NCBI GenBank assembly: GCA_973895155.1
Contig: OZ316891.1
Location: 22,457,168-22,521,167 of the forward strand
Reading direction: 5' to 3'
Length of the DNA stretch: 64,000 nucleotides
DNA from: Marsupella aquatica
Lineage: Eukaryota; Plantae; Marchantiophyta
Made by a program: the position numbers and the translations under genes. The notes under the pieces were generated by a model. The model had not been told where the DNA came from, searched no databases, and saw nothing but the letters and a program-made list of their open reading frames with translations. Shown piece by piece: positions 11,056 to 27,533 of the stretch (position 1 is its first letter; each line of letters starts with the position of its first letter).

Positions 11056-14000
11056 ATGGAGGAGGACATCCTATTTCTGGGATTCGATTGTTCAACGCAG
11101 TGAGTGATAATTTATGTACAAATGCCAATCCTCTCCCAGCGAGGAGACCCATATCATTCAACCAATTCTCTCTGTCTCTCAATTGGAATTTGGAGTTAGG
11201 AAGGAAATGTTAAATGTTCGTTTTATCTTCTCCTTCACTGAGCTCTCTGTGGTGTAAACTCATGCAGATCACTGAAAGTCACAGCACTGGACACCAAACT
11301 GAGACTGGTCGGCTATGAGAGTGTCCATTTCGACTCCGAGCTGCCTCATTATGGAACCAAGGATGGGGTTCACCGAGATTCATCATCATGTAGTGGAAGA
11401 GTTTCCTGTCCACCTCTCATGTGGGTGGAAGCCTTAGAACTGCTGCTGAATAAATTGGCAAACTCTAACAAGTTTCCTTTGGAGAAAGTGAGAGCCATGT
11501 CGGGTAGTGCTCAGCAACATGGGAGCGTTTATTGGAGACAGGGTGCCCACGAGATGCTGCAATCTCTGAACCCATCTCACACACTGACTTCTCAACTAGA
11601 GCATGCATTCTCTCTGAACAACACGCCTATCTGGATGGACAGCAGCTCTACTGCACAATGTAGGTACATTGAAGAAGCACTCGGAGGTCCAAAGGCTCTA
11701 ACTGAACTCACAGGGTCTCGTGCGCTGGAGAGGTATACTGGGCCACAAATCAAAAAGCTGTACCAGACCCAGGAGGATGTTTATAACAGGACTCAGAGAA
11801 TCTCATTGATCAGCTCTTTTATGACTTGCCTTCTGATAGGGGACTACGCCAACATTGACTACACTGATGGGGCTGGGATGAGTCTCATGGACTTGAGGAC
11901 TCACAAATGGGTGCCAACAGCTCTACAGGTCGATCAGGACTCGTAGGGTAGTCAGCCATCTTTGAAACATGTTCAAGTCCCTTGCCAGAAGAAAGATCCC
12001 TGTTTTGCTAGTCTACTTACGTAGGGTTCAAAGACGGTCCTCCTCTAGTTTGTCTCCGTGTATTGAAACGGTATGAAGTTCTTCAACTGTTGTTCAAAAG
12101 AGTAGTGATAAATTGAAAGCTCAAGGGAGGAGAACAACACAGAGCAATGGCTGAAAAGTGGATTGCGTTGAAATGTATGCTTGCTTTGTTCAATAGGCCA
12201 CGGCACCGAACCTAGAAGAGAAGCTGGGTAATTTGTCTGCTCCACATGCAGTAGCTGGCCGGCTTCACTCGTACTTCGTAAAAAAGTATGACTTCTGACA
12301 AATCGTGAACTTTCTAGGTGGATGGTATGAAATGTCAGCATTTATAACATTACTAACATTTCTCAGTCCGCGCCGATACGGGCGTTACAATTGTACGAAA
12401 AAAGAATGAAGAATGCACTCCAACTGCACTTTGAATGCAGGTACAAGTTCAGTGAGCAATGTCGGGTCATACAATGGTCGGGGGACAATCCGAATAGCCT
12501 GGCAGGTAGTCCGCAAGAGCTTTCTCTGACATCGACATAAGAATAGATCAAGGGATTGAAAGTTGATTGATATGCTTCAGGAACTTCCTGTTGTGACGCT
12601 TCTTGTATGTCACTTAATATCTTGATTTTGGGGATCTGCAGGATTGGCTTTGGAAAAGCCGGGAGATCTAGCAATAAGCTTGGGAACTAGCGACACAGTA
12701 AGTATTTGTGCAGCCCAGGAGTAAGAATTGGAGTACCATGTCGTTTAAAACAGTTAGGATCATTTGTGATGCTCTTTGATATAAGATCATTCCCTCACAC
12801 AAAGCTCTTCACTTTACGGTCAAAATAACAGGAAATTTGTGAGTGGTGTCACCGCGAGAAATTGTTAAAAAAAAGAGCGGACGGATACATCATGATTTGC
12901 ATTTGCTGCTGTGATTTAGCTCTTGTTAGCTGAGGGTGAAATTTTATCCTCCTCGTGATGCAGGTTTTCGGAGTTGTTAAGGATCCCCGGCCTGGATTCG
13001 ACAGTCATATATTTCCTAATCCAGTGGACCCGACAACCTTCATGTGCATGCTATGCTACAAAAATGGTTCACTTACACGGCAAGGTCAGATTCTCATGTT
13101 GATTTCACCCACGCATTCTCGTTCCTCACGCGTCTATCAGAAGATGTTGAAATCATGTCAGGTCCTTGGCAAAAATGTGTAATGACCTCTTTACGTATAC
13201 TGTAATCAGGGCTGTCTCCTGACTCGTCAAACAAATACGTGCAGTATACCAGATGGAGACCACCATGTTTTAACATGAATATTCGTTGATCTAGCAGACA
13301 TAAGGGATCGCTGTGCTGCTGGATCCTGGGAAAAATTCAATCATCTTCTGGATTGCAATCCTCCTCTAAATGGTACTGCTTAGTCCCAAAGACCGTAAGA
13401 TTGCGTTTCAGACCCAGGAAACGTGATCAAGTTTCTTTCATGTTTCATCAAACCTTCCTTGTATCATCTTATTACTGATGTGGCACACCTTCGTGAAATT
13501 TGTAGGAGGAAGAATCGGCTTCTACTTCAAAGAACCAGAAGCACTTCCTCCGATGCCAGGTCCAATAGCAACTTACCTTTATCTCTAGACTATAGCGTAG
13601 AGACTAAACCTTTCGTAGATTTGGGAACACAGAAGGTTCTAATTTTAGAATGCGAGACAAGATTTCATGATTCTCAATACTTCAAAGGAAGGACTGAGAA
13701 CCTGTCTATCAATTAAAATCTTGCGGTTGGTACACACCAACTTTCATGTGTTTCTTATTCATGAGAATTGAATCATACTCTGGAATGCGTGTTGGGCCAG
13801 TTGGTGCAGAGAGACTTTGGTAGGTAGGTATTAACCATGAGAGTTGAGATGTAAATTGAAGTACTTCTCTGTGTAGTGGGTGTCCATCGATTCTTTCTTG
13901 GCGGTCCTGAAGGGGAGCCTATCAAAGTGCCCGACTTCAATGACTCTACAGAGGTGAGGGTGTGTGATAATCTCAAAGACTCGCTCGAATGAACATGATA

Positions 14001-14636
14001 CGAAAATGACGCTGATTGCCATACCCGGAGATTGCTAATCAGGAACTTGGACAGTGATATTCATAATAGGTTCCTGGTGCAGGTGAGGGCTGTTGTTGAG
14101 GGCCAATTCCTCGCAATGAGAGCTCATGCCAACAGATGTGGAATGCCTCCTCCTGACCGAATCATTGCAACCGGGGGAGCGTCTGCTAATCTACACCTAC
14201 TGAGAGTTATGGCTGATGTTTTTGGATGTAATATTTACACAGCGGATAATCCAGGTATTTCGCATTCGTGCAGAGTGCTGTGAGTACATCTCCAGCGCTT
14301 CCAATTTATTATTCATGTATTGATTCCAACGGCGTTTGACATTTAAGTTTCCTAAACTCATCTTTCTCGCTAACCAGCGGGGTGACTGGATGATTTTGTG
14401 CTGCAGACTCGGCATCTCTTGGAGCGGCACTTCGAGCTGGTCATGGATACATCCATGGGAACGATCCAGAATTTACTTTTTCAAAGCTCTTGGGATACGC
14501 CACTGAGGAGAGCGCAACTCATTGTAGGCTCGCAGTACCTGCTACGAGAAATGGCTTGCAGAATCAGTATGGACTACTAGCAGCGAAACGACTGGCGCTA
14601 GAGAGCATGCTTTTGCAACAATACGGATACCGATGA
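11056..14636 (+). CDS. Xylulose kinase (FGGY carbohydrate kinase, XK-2/XYLB-like), multi-exon
   Basis: Spliced N-terminus MEEDILFLGFDCSTQSLKV. Motifs SGSAQQHGSVYW, PIWMDSSS, LTGSRALERYTGPQIKK, WSGDNPNSLAG, ISLGTSDT, CYKNGSLTR, VRAVVEGQF and IIATGGAS.N. GT-AG introns. Ends ...QQYGYR-TGA. Confidence 0.93.
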
Positions 14637-14998
14637 ATCGCTATCAAGTTATTCATAATAAGTAAATCTCAAATCTGGCCTGAGAGGAGAGCGCAATAGT
14701 AGATTACTACTGAAATAAATCAACGTGGATCTGAGTTGTATATGACCATCAAAAGTGACAACTGGTAATACGTTTTAGAATCATGATACGCTTTGTGTAA
14801 GTCAAAATTGGTAGTCAATATTGTTTCTGAATTGTGTATACCTTCATCATGCCACGCTTTGCTTTGTCACACAGAATATGCAAACGACGTAGAGGACTTG
14901 TCGAGAGTACCGGAAATTACCACACAACTGCATATTTACCCTACGCGGTACCAGGAATCTCTCCTCGATGGAAATGACTGATGAATGCCCCAGAGATA

Positions 14999-15400
14999 CC
15001 AATCATAAAGTGAAAACAGCTTTCCACCCTTCAGACGTCAGCTGCGGTCATAGACTCCTCTAAATCTGATAGACCCGAGAACTGATGTCACCAATCATAA
15101 AAGTGCAAACAGTTTGCCACCCCTTACGTGTCAGCTGAGGTCACAGATTCGTCTATTTCTTATAGGCCCGTGAACTGATGTCCAGTCAGAAATCTGTCAA
15201 AACGTTTCTTGGTGACAGGTGATTCTCAAGATTTCATGTTATTGTTTACAGTCGTCACTCCAAGTTGTCATATCTTCATCTTTCAGGAGCATCATGAAGA
15301 TTGGATGGATTTTCATCTCTTCTTCTTTCAACAGCATCGTGAAAGTTAGGAAGGGTTTCGATTTCTTCATCTTTCAGCAGCACCGAGAAAGATTGGATGG
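14999..15400. repeat. ~92-bp tandem duplication followed by ~48-bp diverged repeats between convergent genes
   Basis: CCAATCATAAA...GTCAGCTG.GGTCA.AGA...GGCCCG/GACCCG...GAACTGATGTC at 14999 and 15091. CATCTTTCAG.AGCA...AAGATTGGATGG recurs in 15270-15400. Confidence 0.7.
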
Positions 15401-15892
15401 TTGCGATTCTTCCTGCAGAAGCATTCATAGTTTCTAAGATAACATACACTGGCAGGAAGTCTCGCGCAGGTGACGGAGGTGGGGTTGACTAAAGCTCAGA
15501 AACATTTTGCGAATTCAAAGATCGTGTACTGGATACAGCCCTTTTCGCAGAACTTCGAGTTCATTTCGGGAAAATGCGCCCTGAATTGCTCGGATCAAAC
15601 TTCCAGTCAAATTTATGTTCTCATTACACTTCCAGAAGGTCACTCAGTTAAAAGACCATGCAGATGATGCGTATAATTCCTCGCCCTTGTGTGCATACAT
15701 TCTACATTTCTTTACCTTCCATGTAAAATATTGACGTTCTCCAAGATTTGCTGACGGATGTTTCTAAGACGTTCTATTGCCTTCATCAATAAATGGTCCC
15801 GAATACAGCAGAACTTGGTATTCTTTCAGTATACATTAGAATCACAAAATACTCAGGTCCATGTTCTCCTCGGTAGTAGGCAGCTCGCATCA

Positions 15893-18494
15893 TTACCAAA
15901 AGTCCCCACAAGAGCAAATGCCATCCTTGAAATGATGAAAACGGCTTGCATCTCTCACAATGATTTCTCTCTGCGTTAATTTTGCTATGAATTTGGTAGC
16001 ACTGTGACAATCACCACAAACCCTTAGATTTTTTATGATACGGATGGGAGTCCCGGGAGAGCTGTTCATAAGACCAAATGCGATGGCTAGTTTTTCGCTA
16101 TGTTGCCATAAGCGAGCTATCTTCTCTTCTTCCTCTATATCATATAATACGAAGGTGGTGTCTGGTACATACCCTGCCTCCTTCATCACACTTGACAATC
16201 GAGTTAGTTCTGCACGGATTTCAGTAATCTGAGGATGTTCTTGATCATTGGAGACAAATGAATGCATCTCTCTGTTGACCTCAATCCAGGTGCAGCCAGG
16301 CCCTTTCTTTACACCACTCTCTGACTTCATTTGTTGAATTTTCGCTCTGCTGTCCCACTTGCCAGCAGCAGCATAAATGTTTGATAGGGTAACATAGCCT
16401 GATGCATCTCTCGGTCCTGATTCAAGAGCTTGTTTTGCAATGCGCTCTGCCATTTCTACATTTCCATGAATTCTACAGGCACCTAGCAAAGATGACCATA
16501 CTGAAGGACTTGGCTCACACGACATAGTCTTGATCATATTTTCTGCCTCTTCCAGACGACCTGCACGGCCAAGAAGATCAACCATGCAGGCAAAGTGCTC
16601 TACTGTTGCTGGAATACCATGTACAAATTGCATGGCTTGAAAGCATTCCAAACCTTTCTCCACTAGACCTGCATGGCTACAAGCTGACAGAAGACAAACA
16701 AAAGTAACCATATCCATCTCCGCGCCTTCATGCTGCATCTGCTCAAAAAGCTCGAAAGCTTCCTTGGCACACCCATGCATGGCATATCCTCCAAGCATGG
16801 CACTCCAGGAGATCACATTACGAGTGATCATCTTGTCAAATACCCTCCTTGCCTCCTCTATACTACCACATTTGGCATACATGTCAACAAGGCTACTTGC
16901 AATAGAGATATCAGACTCAAAACCATGGAGCATGATCTGCTTGTGCACACTCCTGCCTTCTTCAAGAGCTGCTACACTGGCACAAGCACTGAGAGCCCCA
17001 AGAAAAGTCACCAAATTGGGATCAACTGGTTCTCCTTGCATCTCCCTATACAACTTCAAGGCTTTATGCCCTTGTCCACATTTCACAAGTCCCAGAATCA
17101 TGGCATTCCAAGCACTGGCGTCGCGTACTGGCATTTTGTTAAACACACTCCAGGCATCCTCTATGCTCCCACATTTGGTGTACATATCAACCAGGCTACT
17201 CCCCACAAAGAAATCAAACTCACAACCTCTTTCAATGGTCTGTGCATGTACCCGCCTGCCTTCTTTTAGAGCCAAAGCCCCAACACTGGCACATGCATTA
17301 AGCAACCCCACAAACGTCACAGGGGTTGGTTCGATTTTTTCCCTCTGCATAAGCCAAGAAAGTTGCAGGGCCTTCATCCCTTGCCGACATTTCACAAAAC
17401 CCACAATCATGGCAGTCCAAGAGACCACATTGCGAACAGGCATCTTGCTGAACACCTTCCATGCATCCTCTATGCTTCCACATTTGGCGTACATGTCCAC
17501 CAGGCTTGTCGCAACAAAGACATCGGATTCGTAACCACTTGTGATGATCTGTGCATGAAGCTGTCTGCCTTTCTCCAGAGATGCTAAACTGGCGCATGCA
17601 TTGAGCACAGGAACAAAGGTATACTTATCTGGGTTCATGCCCTCTTCTTGCATTTTTTGAAAAAGTCCCAGTGTCCTTTTGTACTCCCCGTCTTCCACAC
17701 ATTTTGAAAGCTTTGTATTCCAAGAAAAAGGATTCCGTTGAACAGTTCCTGGTGTAATACTAGACAGCTCTGCCTCCACCCATGGGGGATTCAATCTATG
17801 AGTGAGCCAGAGTGCAGCTTCTGTCTTCTTGTGCTTGAAATCTGGATAACTTCTGTTCATCTGGGGACCAAAAATTTAATTCATCTCATCAACGAGCAGT
17901 CTTAGCAGCATGGAATAATCAAGACTAGAAGAAATTTAACATAGTTCATCGAAACCAAACCCTGGCTTGATTACTGTCAATGGTTAAGGCTCTCGTGACA
18001 ATCTACCTTCTCTGACCTATGATCCCACCACTGCAAAGGATCTGAAAAGAACTCCCGCCAAAGGTTCTCAACATGTCTTTTCTGACCAACTTCTGCGCAC
18101 ACAATAAAGGAGCAAGCAGATTTAGGGTTGAAAGTAGCCCACATAAGGAATCTCAAGGGGAGGGCCATGTAACAAATTCGCTGTTCGTTACCTGACAAAT
18201 AATGAACTTTACAAAGTTATTACACATTGACATCGACTGGTGGTTGAACATTCCTTTCATTCATTCAAAGAACTAGAGCTGCTCCTCCGACACTAATTTC
18301 CAAGACGAACTTCCTTGAAATACCGGTCCACTCTCAAGGGGGAATTTTTTCCAGTCTACGACTCAGCCCACAGACAACAACTTCAATCCAGTGCAAATGT
18401 TACCTTTTGTCCTCATTGTGGAGTTTGATCTTGGGAAGCCCGCCTGTCCCCTTGAGAACATAGAAAATGTCCCATGCAACCTACCGGTAGCCAT
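15893..18494 (-). CDS. PLS-class PPR protein with E1-E2-DYW deaminase domain (organellar C-to-U editing factor), plus an N-terminal OSB-type PDF motif
   Basis: Main exon 17860-15893 has 12 PPR motifs ((P1-L1-S1)x3 then P2-L2-S2), E1/E2, PG box PGCTWIE, HSEKLA, CGDC and terminal CSCGDFW. Upstream exons 18092-18007 (CAG/GT bounded) and probably 18494-18404 join in frame. The first exon is less certain. Confidence 0.92.
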
Positions 18495-18790
18495 GGCAAT
18501 GTCAGGGACAAAGGCCCACCTCGCGTGCTCAATTAATGGCCAAAACAACGATGGAAGTGAAAGACGATTGACTAAAGACAAGATCCAGTAACATGAATCG
18601 GTACTGTACTGCATTCAGCGAGCACGAGGGAGAATTGGACCAGAAGGGTGGTGCACGAAAGCCCAAATTGCTAGCCAGCCAGAAAGCCTGCCAATTTGCC
18701 ACGAGGTGTCATGAGCTCCACCTATCAAATTTCTTTAAATTCAATTGCTTAATATATTGATACCTCAATCATCAGTACACGCCCGGCGAT

Positions 18791-18840
18791 CTTCCCTTCC
18801 CTTCCCTTCCCTTCCCTTCCCTTCCCTTCCCTTCCCTTCC
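18791..18840. repeat. (CTTCC)10 pentanucleotide microsatellite
   Basis: Direct reading of the sequence. Confidence 0.95.
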
Positions 18841-19245
18841 AAATGTTCACTTAATGTACCACTCCCGAAGAGTGCAGCAGAAACGCATAGAGCCGCAGCA
18901 GCAGCAGCAGCAGTGCTGCTATTGTTGTGGTGAATTATTCCACCACTGTAAAATATCATGAGTATCAGATACTGACATTTCCCTTAGGAAAGGGTTCACC
19001 CAAAAGATACAAGGCACTACATCAACTCTAAAAAACTGCTATTCAAAGACCTGTTTCTAAGGACGTGTCTGAGAACACGGACGAAAAACCCTATAATTGT
19101 AGAGTAACAACTAAGAAATCCGACAAATCTCAGAAAGCTAGAACAACACAGAAGTGAACAAACAGTTCAGGCCACAAACTGCAATGCCACCATAAGTGGC
19201 AGGGGAGACAAGTGAGTAGCCAGTTGTCGCCACAATGCCAACCAG

Positions 19246-19745
19246 TTACAAAATCAAAATTAATCCTAACACAGCGACATAAGAGTGTAAATGGTGGCAA
19301 TGACGACCGCAATGAGTATCAACGGACCAGAATGTCCACTCACCATCATCAACAGCAGTGGAACTGGGCCAACCCATGGGCATCACCACTGCCATAATCT
19401 CTCTTTCACTAGTCGGGTCCGACCAAGGACCAAATGACTTTTCGGGTTTCTTCCCAGTCCGGATGAATCCAAAACGAGCCCCCCGGAAAGAACGGTAACC
19501 AATCCGAACCAGCACTCTGAATGCGAATTTCTTTCAATGGCTGTTCTGTTCCGGTAACTGGGAGCACTGCTCTCAGCAGCAGCAGCAGCAGCCTCATCCA
19601 CGGTATCCTCCCTTCCGGATGATTTTCCCGAATAGCTCCGTTTGCTGCTGTTGCTCCATGGTAACCCTAAACTGCTAACCACTCTACTCTTGGCTAATGA
19701 GAGCCCACCACTGAATCTCCACAATCCCCGAGACCTTACTGCCAT
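19246..19745 (-). pseudogene. Frameshifted copy of an uncharacterised plant family with DWLPF.PG.S(F/Y)W and GWPSS motifs
   Basis: Transit-peptide-like MAVRSRGLWRFS.. in one frame, SDWLPFFPGGSFWIHP in a second and PTSEREIMAVVMPMGWPSS in a third. The family is recognised from memory of the motif pair. Confidence 0.55.
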
Positions 19746-22378
19746 CAGACTCCTCCACTCTTGCTGTTTTTTGCTTCTCTCCAATCCAATCCTCTGATGT
19801 CCCCTCCTCTTTCCTAGCCAACAGAAGCAGGACAGCCGATTAAACTTGCAGCTCGATTCCACTACACAAAAATTGCCTCATCCTTCACCAGATTCTCGGA
19901 ACCCCACACGATGGATTTTTCAATCCACTACTCTGATCCTCCTCCTATCCAACAACAGCCTCCTCCTAACAGGCGATCACTCCTCCAGCTCAAATCCATT
20001 ACCACATAAACTCCCTTGTCTTTCAGCAACTTCACATTTCCCAACACGATTGATTCTTCAGCTGATCCTGCCACCTTCCCTTCCTTGAGCATGCTGATCC
20101 TTTGGCCCAGACTTGAATTCCACCTCCGACTGCTTATTAGTACAAAACGATTCTCTATTCCCATTGCCCTCTGAAGCATTTGCACGAATTGGTAGAGTTA
20201 AGCTCTGTACCGAGACTCCATAAGCTGGTAGTGTGTTGCCGGTAGTCATCAAAACCATGGAACCTACTACTAGTGAAGTGGGAGGGGGGGACTGGATCAG
20301 GTAACGAACCCTCACATATCAGTCCTGGAACCTGAAGGCAATCCCAGTAACATCATGTTTTGCCTCTCAAACTGAACATTTTATTGAGCAAAAAATAGTC
20401 AAATAGTAGGCCTATGTGTGTGTGTGTGTGTTGGGGGGGGGGGGGGGGGGCGCAGGCATAGAGGGGCGTGGTAACTGCACATCAAAAAGCCACAGCCAGA
20501 TACACAGAAGGAACACCGCTCATTGATGTAAACAAACGACCAGGTTTATAGAGGTACTTGCCCCGACTACCCGTTCGTTGAACATGAATAGCCAAGAGAA
20601 CAATAAAAGTGTCACCAAAGTATATTTCCTATTCGCATTATTTGAATGTTGATGAAATGATGAAAAACTATCACGCATGTCATCATTTTAATAATCATAC
20701 ATAACATACCATTCTTCTCTCTATATACATTTCTCTTTCTATGCAAGTGTGTTATTTGAATGTAAATAGAAATCATAAGAGAAAGTGTGCATGATAATTA
20801 TCATTTGACATACATCATAGTCATAAGTTTTCCATTCACATGATGGGCCATGAAGTTACGATCTAGAGGCTTCACTCTAGAAGCCTAGCTCCCAACTCTA
20901 GCTTGTAGTTGGAGTTTTATAAGTAAGATGGAAAATACATTCACTTAGTGGGCACTTGCCACATTGCACAATACACTATATGCTGATGCTTTCTGACAAG
21001 TAATTAACACCAGACAAGCATAAAGCGTACCACTTTGGCTAGCATGGTGAAATCTGCCTAGCCACATCCTGCAGTGTCATCCTAGTTTGCACAAAAGATA
21101 AATAATTATTGATGTTTTTGGCATTTCTGATAAAATGTTTTGGGCTCCTTGAAAAGAAAATTCTAACTCTGGGTTGGGGTAGAGGAAAACAAATTCCTTC
21201 TTTATGTGCGTAGCCAAAGTTGAGATTTAAATTTTTATATGGGACTCAGTGCTTGCCAAATAGATGGGATTTCTCCCCCTCCATCTGTTTATTAATGAAG
21301 GCAAGGGAATGAGGCTTTTTTTTATCACAGTCTCATCATCGGCCCATTTTGACTGATTGCAATTGCAATGTAATTGCATGACTGTTCCTGCAGGGCACTA
21401 GTATTGATGCATGGGGGGAGGCCTAAATGCCCAATAACCCTTACATTGAGTAGGACTTTAAGGCTGGAACTTTCTAATCTCTACAACCAAATTATTCTCT
21501 TCCAAGTCCAGTTGTCCATGTTACTATTCGTCATTCATCTCATAGGTCCAATCATAGGACATGAGTCTTTCCATTTGAAGCGTTACCTCCCAAGGTGGAA
21601 GGTTGTCCCTTGTTAGGCCAATGTGCCTTGCTAATCACTTTCGGATGACATAAGTCTGGTTCCAGGAAAAATATTGCCCCTGACTAAACTCTGTCCTGTC
21701 TAGTCGTCTAGAGGAACCCAAGTGTATATTTTCAAACTTTCTTGGGGTTATAAGAATTTGGGGACTACCTATATAAAGCCAGGGAGTAACATTAAGTTTA
21801 GAGACGAGAGAAAATAAGTATGATGTATCATGATATGGAGTAATAACTCTGTGGGACTCATAAGCTGAGTTTTATATTGTGTGAGACCCTCAAGTTTTTG
21901 AGATTTTTCTATATTTGGGAGGGTCCTTATGTGGGCTCTGGTAATCATTGCTTAGAAATATGGGATGACTCTCAAAAGTAGATAATGACGGTCTCTGACT
22001 GGACTCTTCCAATAATGATGAGCGCAATTTATAATCCCTAAAAACGTTCCAATACAGTAATATAATTCAGAGTGACCTTCGAAGTTTAGGCCATCCATTT
22101 GGATATGACTCAGACCCATACCGCAGTCGCCCAAAAGAGTTGGGAGTTGTAGAAGCCTGCTACGGAAAGAGCATGATAGATTGCATGGCGGTGTCCTGTG
22201 TCAAGCATAATCGGTCCCATGTTTTTAAAAGAGCAAACCCACACAGAATTTCGGTTCTTGTAGAAGAATGGCACCTGGCCCCCGTGTAGAAACTTTTCAT
22301 AATAAACAACATAGAGGTTGAGCTTTAAAAATTCGGCTGTACAATAATGAAATCAGACTGTACAGTTTGAGCTAAAGC

Positions 22379-26239
<3,861 letters not shown>

Positions 26240-27533
26240 CTTTAACTGCAAAGCCAGCGTCGAGTTACTACTCCCGAGCAATTGAGGGCTCTAGAACCTG
26301 GGTTGCAGCCGTCTGCCGCGCAGCATCGGATCCGATTGACAGCACCGACGATCGTAGCTGAAACCGTGGCTATATCTGACGAACTGATAACAGATTCGCA
26401 ACCCCTGTGTGGCCTGCTCTGCTCTATTAATCTCTTCGTTTGCCTTCAAAATCAGAATTACCTCAACAAACAAGATAGGATCTGCTAAGCTTCTTGGCCG
26501 AAACCAAAGCCCCGTCGCTCTTCTGACTCTCTTGCTACAACTGTACGTTACATTTCAGCCCCAGCAAGCACATTCCGCTGTTTTCCAATCGTCCAGCTGA
26601 GATTTCTTCGTCCACCTAGAGGTACTTGTTTTCTCTTCCTAGCCCCGATGATTCGTCTTCTGGAGGTGTGACTAGAATAAAATGCTGAAGGACGGAAATC
26701 CCGAATGACGGTGTTGAGACGAGAGAAAACTCACCTACACAAGAAATTGCTGCAGGACGGAAATGCTGAAGGGCAGAGTTGTGACGAGATGAACCCGGCT
26801 CTCGGCTCCCATCACTGGGAGTGTCATACTCTCACCCCCATTTTTTTCTCCTTGGGAACCCCATTCATGAATAGAAAACCTTATGTGACACTCTTTTGAG
26901 GTGGACGTACATATCAAGATGTATTTCATGGCTTGGGCTTTGTTCCAAGTGTGAAAGGGGTGAGTGTCCCCAACAGTAGTAGCATAGTGTTTGGCTTGAA
27001 ATCATATAAATAGAAATATATATAATTGTGAGACCATATGTGTACATAAATCAAAATGTTTTTATTGAAAAAAAGTGGGTAACACGCGCTTAGAGCATCT
27101 CCAACGGTTTGGAGATTTTGCGCCGCTATCCCAATAGTATAGCGGATCATTTGGCGCCTGCGCAAAATGGAGAGTTGCCCCCTTCCACGCAATCCCCACC
27201 GGCGGACACCCCATTCTGACCCCCATCCCATGAAGCGTGCGTACGAGCTGGGGCCCACCTGGTCCAAAATAACGTGAAGTGGGTTGTGGCACACTGCCCG
27301 CTGTTTTGCGTGTGTTTTCTGTCCCTCTGGTTCTTGCAGACCTCGACTCCCGGTTCGCAAAATTGGAAGCCGCAGGAACCATGTCGATCCTACGATTTGA
27401 ATTTGTTGGGGTTGATTTGTGCTCTGTGCTTCCCTTCAGGTGTTCGCTTTCACTTTACGGCCAGCTTTACCTAGTTTTCATTGGGAAAAATTAATCAGTC
27501 TTCGCAAACCAGGCTGTGCTTCATCTATCGAAA

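Noticed and set aside
14975-15090. Possible box C/D snoRNA (TGATGA...CTGA)
   Set aside because: No terminal stem or recognisable rRNA antisense element, and it lies within a local tandem duplication.
15893-15904. DFW instead of DYW terminus as a sign of altered (U-to-C) activity
   Set aside because: DFW is a common variant. The PG box, HSE and CxxC are of the canonical C-to-U type, not the KP class.
16730-17587. Plus-strand ORFs of 179-256 aa
   Set aside because: Antisense shadows of the PPR gene.
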